Of a stretch of 64,000 bases of DNA, positions 18,790 through 27,948 are shown piece by piece. The notes beneath the pieces are model-generated. The model made no database searches and was not told the DNA's origin. It saw only the letters and a list, made by a program, of their open reading frames with translations. Within the stretch, counting starts at the first letter, position 1. The number at the start of each line of letters is the position of its first letter. Position numbers and translations under genes: made by a program. This DNA comes from an uncultured Spirochaetaceae bacterium. Its GTDB lineage: Bacteria; Spirochaetota; Spirochaetia; DSM-27196; SKKC01. The stretch spans positions 1,638 through 65,637 of the forward strand of contig CAZMEV010000001.1 of assembly GCA_964565375.1 (NCBI GenBank), written 5' to 3'.

Positions 18790-21733
18790 TGGCACCGTCG
18801 TTTGTTGAATGCGGCACCGACCTCACATGGGATCGCCGCCGCGGACAGCCATCGTAGAGAAGCTGCCAGATTGCTGGAAACAGTCCGAATGTCGTAATCA
18901 GGTTTGCAAGCGTTCCACCTGCAAGCACGAGTCCGATGAGGTGCGTCATCGCGGCCATGGGAGCCCCTCCGGTAAAAAGCAGGAGCGGAACCGCTGCGCC
19001 CAGCGTTGTTACTCCTGCGAGTATCAGATCCGGAGCCCGCTCGTTAATTGCCGTTTCGATTGGACTACCCTGTGCCTGAAACCCGATAATTACAGCGTTG
19101 TTTACGGCTATTCCGACGAATATCACCGCACCTACGATAACTCCTCCCTCCAGCGGGGTCCCTCCCATTACGAATGGAAGCAGAGCGAGCGCTATGGTAG
19201 GAGGTATGAACAGCAGCGTGGCCACCGGAATGCGAAGCGATTCCGATGCGGTAGCCACCATCAGGGGAATCGCGATCGCGGTGCCGGCAAGCAGAATCCA
19301 GAGTGCCCTGTAGTGTCGCAGTTGCCGTTGGTAACGGCGGTCCACCTGTACAGCGTATCCCGGGGGCATTTCGAAGGTATCAAGCTGAGTGTGGACTGCG
19401 CTCAGGGTTCGCTCGAGACTGCGAGTCGCATAATGAGCGGTGAGAAACGAGGCGCGCTGTCGATTGTAGCGGTCGATACGGGCAGGACGGCTTACCGTAC
19501 GAAAGTCTGCTACCGAACTCATCGGCACTGACGAACTCCTGTTGCGCATACGTAGCAGCTGCAGGGATCGAGGGTCGTCAATCTGTTCCCTGCGCGCTCT
19601 CAGACGCACGTCGGTTTCCCCGGTTTCGCTGTGCCATTTGAGGATAACCGGTCCGTGAAGTGCCCAGCGCAGCGTTTCTCCAACCGAGCGAGCTGAGAGT
19701 CCCGACGTAGCGAGGCGTTCACGATCCGGTGCTATAACAAGCGCCGGGGGGTCATTTTTGAAGTGTAGAATCACAGACTCCACCAGTGGCGTATGCTCGA
19801 TCCCATTCGCGGACCTCGCCTGCGTGAGCTTGCCGGCGAGTTCGCGGGCAAGAGTTCGTGTCTGTTCACGGTCCGGACCGGTAACCGCGAGTTCAATCGG
19901 TGTTCTGCCCGCAGGGCCCTGCCGCGGAGCGAGTATCTGAAGATTGACATCGACAAGTTCTGCATCCAGGCGCCGTACCGCAGAGATAAGCTGTTCGGAT
20001 ACCGACCGGCCGCTCGGCTCGATCGCAACTGTCGCACTGTCGCGTCGTGCGATCTGCTCGATACGCTGTACGCCGGTAAGTCGCCCGAGCCGGCCACTTA
20101 TTGCTGTCGTACGCCGATCGACCGACTGTACTGACGCGCCGCTTTCGAACTCTGCATGAACCCGGACGGTCCAATCGTTCGCCGGGGTTTCCGGATTTGA
20201 GCCGGCTCGGAACGCAAACACCGTAGCTGCAATAACCACGCAACAAGCGATCGTGAGGGACAGCAGCGGATGCTTCAAGGACATCGCTGAAAGGTGGCGG
20301 CGCACGGCAATGGGAGGAACGGTGGATCCACGAAAGAAATCACATCCGCGCACGAGCAGCGCAACAGGAAAAGAGACCGCGGCAAGTACTGTCGAGGCAC
20401 GCGCAAGACCCGTTGCGCCGTCCACAATGCCGGGTACGACCGCGAAGGGCAGAAGCGCAGCAACTGTCGTCAACACCGAGGTCGCAACAGCAGAAACCTG
20501 CGTGCGCCCGCCCGATCCGGTCAGCACTATTGTCGAATCGACCACGAGTCCACACGAAATCGCGAATCCCGCAAGCATGGCGGTGTCGAGCGGTGTTCCG
20601 AGGCGGGCGAACACAGCTGTTGCGGCGAGAAGGCTGACTGTCAGTACTATCGCGATTTCTCCTGCACGAGCTGCCGAACGGCAGGCGAGTGCGACGACTA
20701 CAAGGACGGACGATAAAGACGCTGCTAATGCAGCAAGAGTATGGGTAACCGCGGTGCGGGCATCTCCTCCGGCGTCGGCATGAAGCTCGACTTCGATGCC
20801 ATGCTCGGTTTGCCACCGCCTTCGAAGCACGTGAATATGCTCCGACACCGAAAGAAGATTCGCATCGCCGGTTGCGCTCACGCTGATCAGGACTGTCTGT
20901 TCGCCGTTAATCCTGCTGATCGTCTCCGGGTCGCGGGTGCCGGCACGAACCGAAGCAATGCGGCCGAGCGGCATTACACCCGATCCTGTCCTGATTTCAA
21001 CGGAAGACAACAGCTCGTAGCGATCGTAGCGTGCATCAATGAATATCGGTATTGCTCTCGAATGAGTGAAAAGCGTCCCACCGCTGCGGGCGGCATGGCG
21101 GTCACTCAATGTCTGAAAAAGGTCCCTCCATTCGAGCCTCGTTGCGGCAAGTTGATCGCGATGAATATCAATATGAACTTCCTCTACGGTGCCGCCGCTC
21201 ACGCGAGCCTGAGCCACGCCCTGCAGCCGCTCGAGATCGCTGCGAAGCTTCTCCTCGGCAAGCCCGCGCAGCTCAGGCAGCGAACGGTCCGGGGCACTTA
21301 TGGAAAGTACCGCAGCCGGAAATGAATCACTGTCTCCGCGAATGATCCTTGGACGCTGCACCGCTTCCGGTAGTCGATTATACAGCGCTGCCGCAACATC
21401 TCGAATCTCTGCGTATGCGTGGTCGACCGCTGTGTCGTCGCGAATTGCCGCGCGTACTCGCACACGTCCGGCCTCGGTGCTGCTTCGCAACGAGTCAATT
21501 CCCACAACCGATGCGAGTTTCGCCTCGAGGGGTTCGGTTATGCGCCGTTCGAGTTCGGCGGGTTCGACGCCTGAGTACCGAATTATGACTGAGATCACCC
21601 GATGACGTTGCTTTGGCTCCGCTCCGAACTCAAGATTAAAGGCGAGAAACAGCGAACCCGCTGTCAGGGCCGCGAAAAGCACCCGGCATCGAAACACCCG
21701 GGTCTCACGACCGCCGCTAACCATTGACTTCAC
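18773..21733 (-). CDS. RND-superfamily efflux permease, divergent second paralog of a tandem pair
   Basis: AcrB-like layout: N-terminal TM, porter-domain blocks (ITEPLEAKLASVVGIDSLRS) and 12-TM topology. The TM4 motif reads GLVVDSTIVLTGS instead of the usual VDDAIVVVEN. Its start overlaps the upstream RND gene by 17 nt. Confidence 0.8.
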   Translation of the reverse strand: MKSMVSGGRETRVFRCRVLFAALTAGSLFLAFNLEFGAEPKQRHRVISVIIRYSGVEPAELERRITEPLEAKLASVVGIDSLRSSTEAGRVRVRAAIRDDTAVDHAYAEIRDVAAALYNRLPEAVQRPRIIRGDSDSFPAAVLSISAPDRSLPELRGLAEEKLRSDLERLQGVAQARVSGGTVEEVHIDIHRDQLAATRLEWRDLFQTLSDRHAARSGGTLFTHSRAIPIFIDARYDRYELLSSVEIRTGSGVMPLGRIASVRAGTRDPETISRINGEQTVLISVSATGDANLLSVSEHIHVLRRRWQTEHGIEVELHADAGGDARTAVTHTLAALAASLSSVLVVVALACRSAARAGEIAIVLTVSLLAATAVFARLGTPLDTAMLAGFAISCGLVVDSTIVLTGSGGRTQVSAVATSVLTTVAALLPFAVVPGIVDGATGLARASTVLAAVSFPVALLVRGCDFFRGSTVPPIAVRRHLSAMSLKHPLLSLTIACCVVIAATVFAFRAGSNPETPANDWTVRVHAEFESGASVQSVDRRTTAISGRLGRLTGVQRIEQIARRDSATVAIEPSGRSVSEQLISAVRRLDAELVDVNLQILAPRQGPAGRTPIELAVTGPDREQTRTLARELAGKLTQARSANGIEHTPLVESVILHFKNDPPALVIAPDRERLATSGLSARSVGETLRWALHGPVILKWHSETGETDVRLRARREQIDDPRSLQLLRMRNRSSSVPMSSVADFRTVSRPARIDRYNRQRASFLTAHYATRSLERTLSAVHTQLDTFEMPPGYAVQVDRRYQRQLRHYRALWILLAGTAIAIPLMVATASESLRIPVATLLFIPPTIALALLPFVMGGTPLEGGVIVGAVIFVGIAVNNAVIIGFQAQGSPIETAINERAPDLILAGVTTLGAAVPLLLFTGGAPMAAMTHLIGLVLAGGTLANLITTFGLFPAIWQLLYDGCPRRRSHVRSVPHSTNDGATTGSS

Positions 21734-24700
21734 GTTTATGTCCTTGAGTTACTTCATTTCCGAGGTTCGACGGCATCGAGAATCTTCCCGCCACAAGAAA
21801 GGCGGCAGGTATGCCGAAAAGTGTCAGTGCCGTACCGACAGACAGTCCTGCAATAATGGTCAATGCAAGACCGCTCTGGTTCGAACGAATACCAGGATCG
21901 ATCGCAAGGGGCAGGAGCGCGACAACAGTCGTGGCTGTGGTCATGAGGATGGGGCGGGCTCGCCTGACTGCGCCTCGCATGACTGTGACGCGCAGGAACG
22001 CAGGTGACGGTGCATTGCGTTGATTCTGATTGTAACCGGCACGGTGTGAGCTGACGGTCAGCTGCCGATTCCAGGTTTCGATAAGTACGATGGCCCCATT
22101 GATGACCATACCGATAAGAACCAGACAGCCTATTGCACTCTGAAGAGTGAATGCGCGTCCGAGGGCGGCCGGTCCGAGTATTGAACCTGCCAGCGCGAAC
22201 GGAAGTACCGAGAGTACGATCGCCGCCTGCATGACACTCTCGAATTGCAGCATGAGAATCGCTGCGACAATCATCATTGCCAGGGCGAACACCGGCATAA
22301 GCGAGCGGGCCAGGGAGGCAACCGTGGCCGCTGTGAGGTCTTCCGCCCACGGGTGGCGGCTGGTTTCGATTCGGCCGGTGTCACCCTGTACATAGATCAC
22401 ATCCCGCCGCGCACGTCTCGTAAGCACCGAGCGACCGTGGTGTTCTTCCAGTTGCAGTGCTTCGCGCAGCGGAATACCGTCGTGCAGGAGTGTGATATCA
22501 GGTTGGTTTCGACGGTCAGACGAGCCGTAGAAGAGCCGAATACCAATTTCCTCTCCACTCTGAATGAGCGAACCGGCAGCTGTCCCCTCGACCGATGAAC
22601 GAAGGAGAACTGAGGCGTCGGTGAGAGTAATATTTCGATGGTTGAGCACGTTACGGTCGGGCGTGGCCAGGATAGTCGGACGATATTCGACTGGTGCCAG
22701 CGCAATTTCGGTATCTTCAGCTGAAGCGCGTTCGATTTCCCGGCGCAGCTTCCTCGCTCGTTCGAGCGCAAGCTCCGGAGAATCGCCATGAACCGCGATT
22801 CCCTGTCCGTCATTAAACCCGAGAAGCCGCTCGAGAGCACCTTCGGGCAGCTCAATACGCGTGTGGTTTTCAGCAGATCCAAGCTGCTTACGCAACCGCG
22901 GCAGTATCGAGCGGGCGGAAACGCCTTCCTCGAGACTCAGGTGTATCGAGACAGCATTCGAGTTTGTCGAAGGGTCGGAAAGAATTGCCCACTCCTCCTC
23001 CTCCTCCTCGCCTCCGACCCGAGTTACTGTGGTCTCGATGCCGGGCAGAGCGCTCAGTATCTCCGCAATGTAGACCCCGCGGCGCGCTGCGGCTTCAACC
23101 GAGAGGTCGGGCGGAACGTTCACTGTTACCAGTACTTCCCCGGTATCTACCGGCTCGAGAACTGCTACCTCCACGTCGCGGACAGCCCATACGCCGCTTA
23201 GTCCCGCAATCATCGCTGCTGCAGTCACGGTTGCAACCGGGGATCGAAGGCAACGGCGGAGAACGCTGGGATAAAGGCGACATGGTTGCGCGTTCGATAC
23301 ATGCCGGATGGAGGATGTAGGGCTGAAATACAGCGCCCCGGATAGTCGCGAGGATGTTGACTGCTTCCAGCGTTCAAGCTGCATGTAAAAAAGGGGAATT
23401 ACTGTAACCGAAGCGAGGTAGCTTGCGAGTAGTGCGCTTATCACCGCGGTGGCAAGATCGGCATAGAGAAGTCCTGCGATTCCCGGAAGGGCATAAAGTG
23501 GTAGAAAAACCGCCACAGTGGTCAGGGTGCCTGAGAAGGTAGCGCCTGACACCTCTGCGACCGCTCGTGCTGTACGGTCGATGTCAGGCGCCCCGCCGCC
23601 GTATTCATGCAGGTTTTCGACAACTACAATGCTGTTGTCGACTACCATTCCGATTCCGACGGCAATCCCGGCAAGTGCCATAGTATTAAGATTGACCTGG
23701 AGCATCGCGAGCAACGCGAATGAAAATCCGGAAGATACGGGAATCGATAGTGCCACGATTGAAGCGCTTCGCCATGAACGGAGAAAGAGAAGGAGCACTG
23801 CAAACGCGGCGATTGTCCCTGAGGCAGCAGAAACAATGATCTGCGAGACCGCAGTGCGAACTGCTGCCGAGCGGTCGTGCAGCAGCTGAAAACGGGCCGA
23901 GGAACCAAAGCTTCGTTCAAGTTCGGGGAGGGCCGCTGTGACGCGCCCTGCGACTTGTGCAGGGTTCGCATCGCTCGTGGCATATACATGAAGACCTATA
24001 GCCTCATCGCCGTCCACATGAAACGCGGAAGTTCGTGGTGCATAGCCTGGCTCTATACGTGCGAGGGAGGACAGCGGGATCGGCCCGGCCGGCGCCGTCG
24101 GCCCGGCCTCCTCGTTTTCAGCCGTCCCGCCGGCTCGGTCAACGGGGACATAAAGTTGCCCGAGCTCGCCGCGCGAACCCACCCTTGCATCTGTAGTAAC
24201 GAAGATCTCGAGATCACCTTGAACAACCGATCCGGCGGCATACTCGGTGTTTCCATCGAGCAGTACTGATCTGATCGAAGCAATGTCGAGCTTGAGTTCC
24301 TGAGCTCGCTTCTGATCGACCGTGACATGCACTTCTTCCACCGGTCCGCCCGAAACCACGACCGCGCCGACTCCGGAAATCTGTTGTATGTACGCTCGTA
24401 TTTCGCGCTCTGCGAGGCGACGAACGCGCGCAGCAGAGGCACCGGTAGGATGAAGTGCCACCCTAATTGCCGGACCTGACGATGGATCTGCTCGACGTAC
24501 AGCCGGTCTTGATACGGCGCTTGGAAGCGCGGGGTAGAGTCTGTCGACCGCCTCCCGGGTTGTCGAGGTGGCGTGGCTGCTCCCTGTACCCGGATCGAAC
24601 CTGAGTTGAACCGACACAGCGCCGGCCCGGGTTGTACTGCTGATTCCTCGCAGTCCCGGAATTCCTGACAGCCCCCGCTCGAGCGGAAGGGTAACAAGCT

Positions 24701-24884
24701 CACGCATCTGTTCGGCGGGCAATCCTTCATACCTCGCCGTCACGGTGATCACCGGGACATCAATTGTTGGAAGCAGCGAAATGCTTGACGGCGCAATGCC
24801 CGCTATCCCGGCACTTACAACAGAAAGCGTAATCGCAATTGTTCCTATTGGTCGCCGCAGCACCGCTGCGATCAGCGGTTTCAT
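21717..24884 (-). CDS. RND-superfamily efflux permease (AcrB/HAE-like), first of a tandem pair
   Basis: MKPLIAAVLRRPIGTIAITL..., LPTIDVPVITV, TM4 GIGMVVDNSIVVVENL, 1055 aa. Contains a (GAG)6 run encoding E6. Confidence 0.9.
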   Translation of the reverse strand: MKPLIAAVLRRPIGTIAITLSVVSAGIAGIAPSSISLLPTIDVPVITVTARYEGLPAEQMRELVTLPLERGLSGIPGLRGISSTTRAGAVSVQLRFDPGTGSSHATSTTREAVDRLYPALPSAVSRPAVRRADPSSGPAIRVALHPTGASAARVRRLAEREIRAYIQQISGVGAVVVSGGPVEEVHVTVDQKRAQELKLDIASIRSVLLDGNTEYAAGSVVQGDLEIFVTTDARVGSRGELGQLYVPVDRAGGTAENEEAGPTAPAGPIPLSSLARIEPGYAPRTSAFHVDGDEAIGLHVYATSDANPAQVAGRVTAALPELERSFGSSARFQLLHDRSAAVRTAVSQIIVSAASGTIAAFAVLLLFLRSWRSASIVALSIPVSSGFSFALLAMLQVNLNTMALAGIAVGIGMVVDNSIVVVENLHEYGGGAPDIDRTARAVAEVSGATFSGTLTTVAVFLPLYALPGIAGLLYADLATAVISALLASYLASVTVIPLFYMQLERWKQSTSSRLSGALYFSPTSSIRHVSNAQPCRLYPSVLRRCLRSPVATVTAAAMIAGLSGVWAVRDVEVAVLEPVDTGEVLVTVNVPPDLSVEAAARRGVYIAEILSALPGIETTVTRVGGEEEEEEWAILSDPSTNSNAVSIHLSLEEGVSARSILPRLRKQLGSAENHTRIELPEGALERLLGFNDGQGIAVHGDSPELALERARKLRREIERASAEDTEIALAPVEYRPTILATPDRNVLNHRNITLTDASVLLRSSVEGTAAGSLIQSGEEIGIRLFYGSSDRRNQPDITLLHDGIPLREALQLEEHHGRSVLTRRARRDVIYVQGDTGRIETSRHPWAEDLTAATVASLARSLMPVFALAMMIVAAILMLQFESVMQAAIVLSVLPFALAGSILGPAALGRAFTLQSAIGCLVLIGMVINGAIVLIETWNRQLTVSSHRAGYNQNQRNAPSPAFLRVTVMRGAVRRARPILMTTATTVVALLPLAIDPGIRSNQSGLALTIIAGLSVGTALTLFGIPAAFLVAGRFSMPSNLGNEVTQGHKREVNG

Positions 24885-26473
24885 CGTGCGGAAACCTTGT
24901 TCAGCCGAAGTCGCCAGTCTTGTTCAAACTCGTTGCCGTATGTGTCCGCCACAGAGTTGTCTATCGCAAGGGTTATGAGACCGGAGTGTTCCAGATCCTC
25001 GATCTCCGCATATATTCGGATAATCTGCTCGTCCTCGGCCGGCGCCGAGGCGGGTGCAGGCGTGAATGCGTTCTGTGTTCCAACCTCGCCGGCAACGACG
25101 TTTACCAGCGCGAGATCGGCGGCAATGTTCTCCACCGAAAACGTGACCCCATCCGCCACGTCAAAACCTCCGAAACGGGCCCCCTCTCCGGGGACCACAT
25201 ACAGATCAAAGAATCCCGTGTAGGTATCGCCGGCGTACCGGGATAGATCAAGCTCGTCATCATCTGTGATCGGGCCGATAATCTGTCCGGTCTCCGGATC
25301 TTCAAGAAAGAATGCACGCGCTACGCTCGGCGGGCGCGATGCCTTGCCGTCAACCCGGAACCGGGCGAATTGCTCGATCCGCCGCTCGACGCCGGCACCT
25401 GAACGAATGGCACCCTCCATGCGCAGTGTGTAGTCGCGAGCGAACTCAAAGCGCTCATCGGGTACTATCTCGAAAGAGGTGGAGGTCGAAGCAAACTCGG
25501 GGACCAGCGAGAAGGAATGCTCCGGATCAAACTCCAGTGCAGCAAGAACATCCTTTCGGTGCACCGGCATATCAAATTCCATCTCAATTCCCCAGAATCG
25601 CTCCCACCCCGGGGTAGGAGTGACTGTGGGTTCTCGCCTTTCAGCAGGATAGGCCGGGAGTGGGAAGAGTTCGCCTGCGTGGTCGTCGAGCCATTTTGAG
25701 GGGGCTCTTTCGTGAGACGCGCGCAGGGCGAGAAGCTGCGGCCCGGGACCGTTTAACCCGGCGTGAACGGTCATTTCGAAAGGTTCTGCCATTGTTCTGC
25801 CGTGTGCCGCTTTTAACCGCGTGCTGAGCTGAACAGTGTATTCCTGCTGAGGCGTGAGGGCTTCCATCGTATGAATTGTTGCGGTTCTATCGGCGTCTTC
25901 CCAGGACACCGAGAATGCGAAGGAGGGTGAGATACTGAGTGCATGGTAAAAGCTCGTCCTGTCGACACTCCTGTTAAACTCAAGATGGATTACGGCTTCT
26001 TCAATCGGCACATGCACTTTGCCGTCTGCCTGCTCCGGAACAGTCCGCATAACGGTCGGACGAGTCTCGGAGGCAAGGGTAGTGAACACGTGCTCGAAAT
26101 CCCGTACAAGCGCATTGCCGTACACATCCTGGGCATCCCCGGTGACAGTCATACGGTAGACGTTGCCACTATCGATTGCTGAGTCCGGCGTAAATCGCAT
26201 TGTTTTGCCGTTCCAGCGGAATCGCCCTGTAACCGGTATATCGTTCGCAGCGAGTGAAAAAGCGCTTTCTATACGAGGCCTGTCAGGTGTCGATGAAAAC
26301 CGCAATCGCACAGCGTCGACTTTCTCCGGATTGCTTACCCGTTGTTGCTCAGGAGACCACTCAACGACTTCAAGCGGGGCCATGTTCGACAGTCGACAAC
26401 CGGTGCACAGAGAGACTACAGTAATGGCGACGGCGATCCATCCTTTACGCGCAGTAATCAGCTTCGCCGTCAT
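24881..26473 (-). CDS. Lipoprotein with repeated bacterial Ig-like (SbsA/Big_5-type) domains
   Basis: Lipobox VSLCTGC. It has repeated units of the form LRFSSTPDRPRIESAFSLA...VTGRFRWNGKTMRFTPDSAIDSGNVYRMTVTGDAQDVYGNAL. It has 4-nt overlaps with both neighbours. Confidence 0.6.
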   Translation of the reverse strand: MTAKLITARKGWIAVAITVVSLCTGCRLSNMAPLEVVEWSPEQQRVSNPEKVDAVRLRFSSTPDRPRIESAFSLAANDIPVTGRFRWNGKTMRFTPDSAIDSGNVYRMTVTGDAQDVYGNALVRDFEHVFTTLASETRPTVMRTVPEQADGKVHVPIEEAVIHLEFNRSVDRTSFYHALSISPSFAFSVSWEDADRTATIHTMEALTPQQEYTVQLSTRLKAAHGRTMAEPFEMTVHAGLNGPGPQLLALRASHERAPSKWLDDHAGELFPLPAYPAERREPTVTPTPGWERFWGIEMEFDMPVHRKDVLAALEFDPEHSFSLVPEFASTSTSFEIVPDERFEFARDYTLRMEGAIRSGAGVERRIEQFARFRVDGKASRPPSVARAFFLEDPETGQIIGPITDDDELDLSRYAGDTYTGFFDLYVVPGEGARFGGFDVADGVTFSVENIAADLALVNVVAGEVGTQNAFTPAPASAPAEDEQIIRIYAEIEDLEHSGLITLAIDNSVADTYGNEFEQDWRLRLNKVSAR

Positions 26474-27948
26474 TGTTCAGGCTCCGTTCGAAGGTAGACG
26501 GTGAGCGGGTATTCGAGTCCTTCGGCTTCATCCGGGGCGCTTGCAGCCCCGGCGGGAATGCGGAGGCGATATATCGATGGCTTCCCGGGCGAAGCGGAGG
26601 GAATGAATCCTGCAAAGGAAATGCGCAGACGCGACCCCTCGTCGAGCCAGCGGATCTGTTCTCTATCGGGGCTTACCGCGCGTTCCGGAAGCAGCGCCCT
26701 GAGCTCCACCGCATCGATCAGACGGTCCCGGGCGTCCTTGGATATGTATGGATAGTCGAATTCGAACTGAACGGTGTTTGTCCCATCAGTCTGTCCGATC
26801 CCTACCTCGGTTGTTTCGTCGAGATCCGCATCCAGTGCCAGCGTGACGCCGGCCCCGCCTTCGGGATCTCCCCAGAAACTGCGTATGCCGGATACACGCT
26901 GACGGGCAGCAACCGGCTCAACGACAATGGAACGCTCTGCGACCAGATGATTTCCCGAAAGATCGCGGATACTATCCGGGACTGTGATTTTGATCGCGGA
27001 TTCTGCCTCAAGTACCTCGTCGAATCGCAGAAGGAACTCGGTCTCGCTCAATTGCTCCATCGCCGAGAGCACAGTCGGGGAAACGGTAACCGCATGCCGG
27101 ACTGAATCGAATCGCACCGCTTCCGAAAACCGGAGCACTATCACACCATCAGTACGGAATTCGGATGTTTCGAGAACTATCCCTTCTTTACGAATGGCAA
27201 ATTGGAAATCCTCGAGGTCAGGTGCTGACCGATCGTACTGCGTCACGAACGATCCGGAACGCTCGGCGGCAAGAGGTACTCCGTGAGCCGAATGGCCATC
27301 GTCGGACACCGACCACTGATATACGGTCAGCGGGTCCCACTGCTCGGTCGGCGCAACTTCGGCAACGGTATCCTCGTTGTGCCACGTTATCTCCACGTCG
27401 GTTTCCGGCGAAACTGATATCGCCTCTGCTGCGGACTCAGGATCAACCGGCTCACTGAAGTAAAGGCGGATCGGATCAAACACGCCGGTGTCGCCTCCCG
27501 ACTCAGGGGTGCTTGATACGAGAGACGGACGTATCGAGTCAGTTCCGTAGAAGAAGGGCACGTACGTGTCAACGTTATGCTCGAGATCCCGATAGTCGAT
27601 AACCGTACCTTCGACCCGCAACTCGTAGCGCAGCCCCGGATTCAGTCTCTCTACCGGAACGGCCTGAAAGCCATCGTCCGACCAGACAAAATCCACGTCG
27701 ACCTGTCCCGTTGACGATTCAATCCGGAATGCCTGTTCGGCGCTTTCCCTGTCTACCGGCCGTGAGAACGACGCTGCTATATGCGAATCTGTGGCGATAA
27801 TCTCGTTCGCCGAAGAGGGGTCGGTTTCGACTTCGAGGCGATGCAGGTCAACCAGATCGCACGAGACAAACAGAAAGCTCGTGACTGCGGTGATGCCGAG
27901 TGCGAGGCCAAGCAGCGGTTTGAAGGTGGCTGCATTATTCATGGACAT
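26470..27948 (-). CDS. Lipoprotein with repeated bacterial Ig-like (SbsA/Big_5-type) domains
   Basis: Lipobox FLFVSC. It has units such as IAASFSRPVDRESAEQAFRIES...FQAVPVERLNPGLRYELRVEG and IRLYFSEPVDPESAAEAISVSP...WDPLTVYQWSVSD. Confidence 0.6.
   Translation of the reverse strand: MSMNNAATFKPLLGLALGITAVTSFLFVSCDLVDLHRLEVETDPSSANEIIATDSHIAASFSRPVDRESAEQAFRIESSTGQVDVDFVWSDDGFQAVPVERLNPGLRYELRVEGTVIDYRDLEHNVDTYVPFFYGTDSIRPSLVSSTPESGGDTGVFDPIRLYFSEPVDPESAAEAISVSPETDVEITWHNEDTVAEVAPTEQWDPLTVYQWSVSDDGHSAHGVPLAAERSGSFVTQYDRSAPDLEDFQFAIRKEGIVLETSEFRTDGVIVLRFSEAVRFDSVRHAVTVSPTVLSAMEQLSETEFLLRFDEVLEAESAIKITVPDSIRDLSGNHLVAERSIVVEPVAARQRVSGIRSFWGDPEGGAGVTLALDADLDETTEVGIGQTDGTNTVQFEFDYPYISKDARDRLIDAVELRALLPERAVSPDREQIRWLDEGSRLRISFAGFIPSASPGKPSIYRLRIPAGAASAPDEAEGLEYPLTVYLRTEPEQ

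Noticed and set aside
22992-23009. (CTC)6 microsatellite (E6 run) inside the 1055-aa RND gene as a phase-variation switch
   Set aside because: A triplet repeat keeps the frame on slippage and encodes a short acidic loop. There is no evidence for on/off switching.
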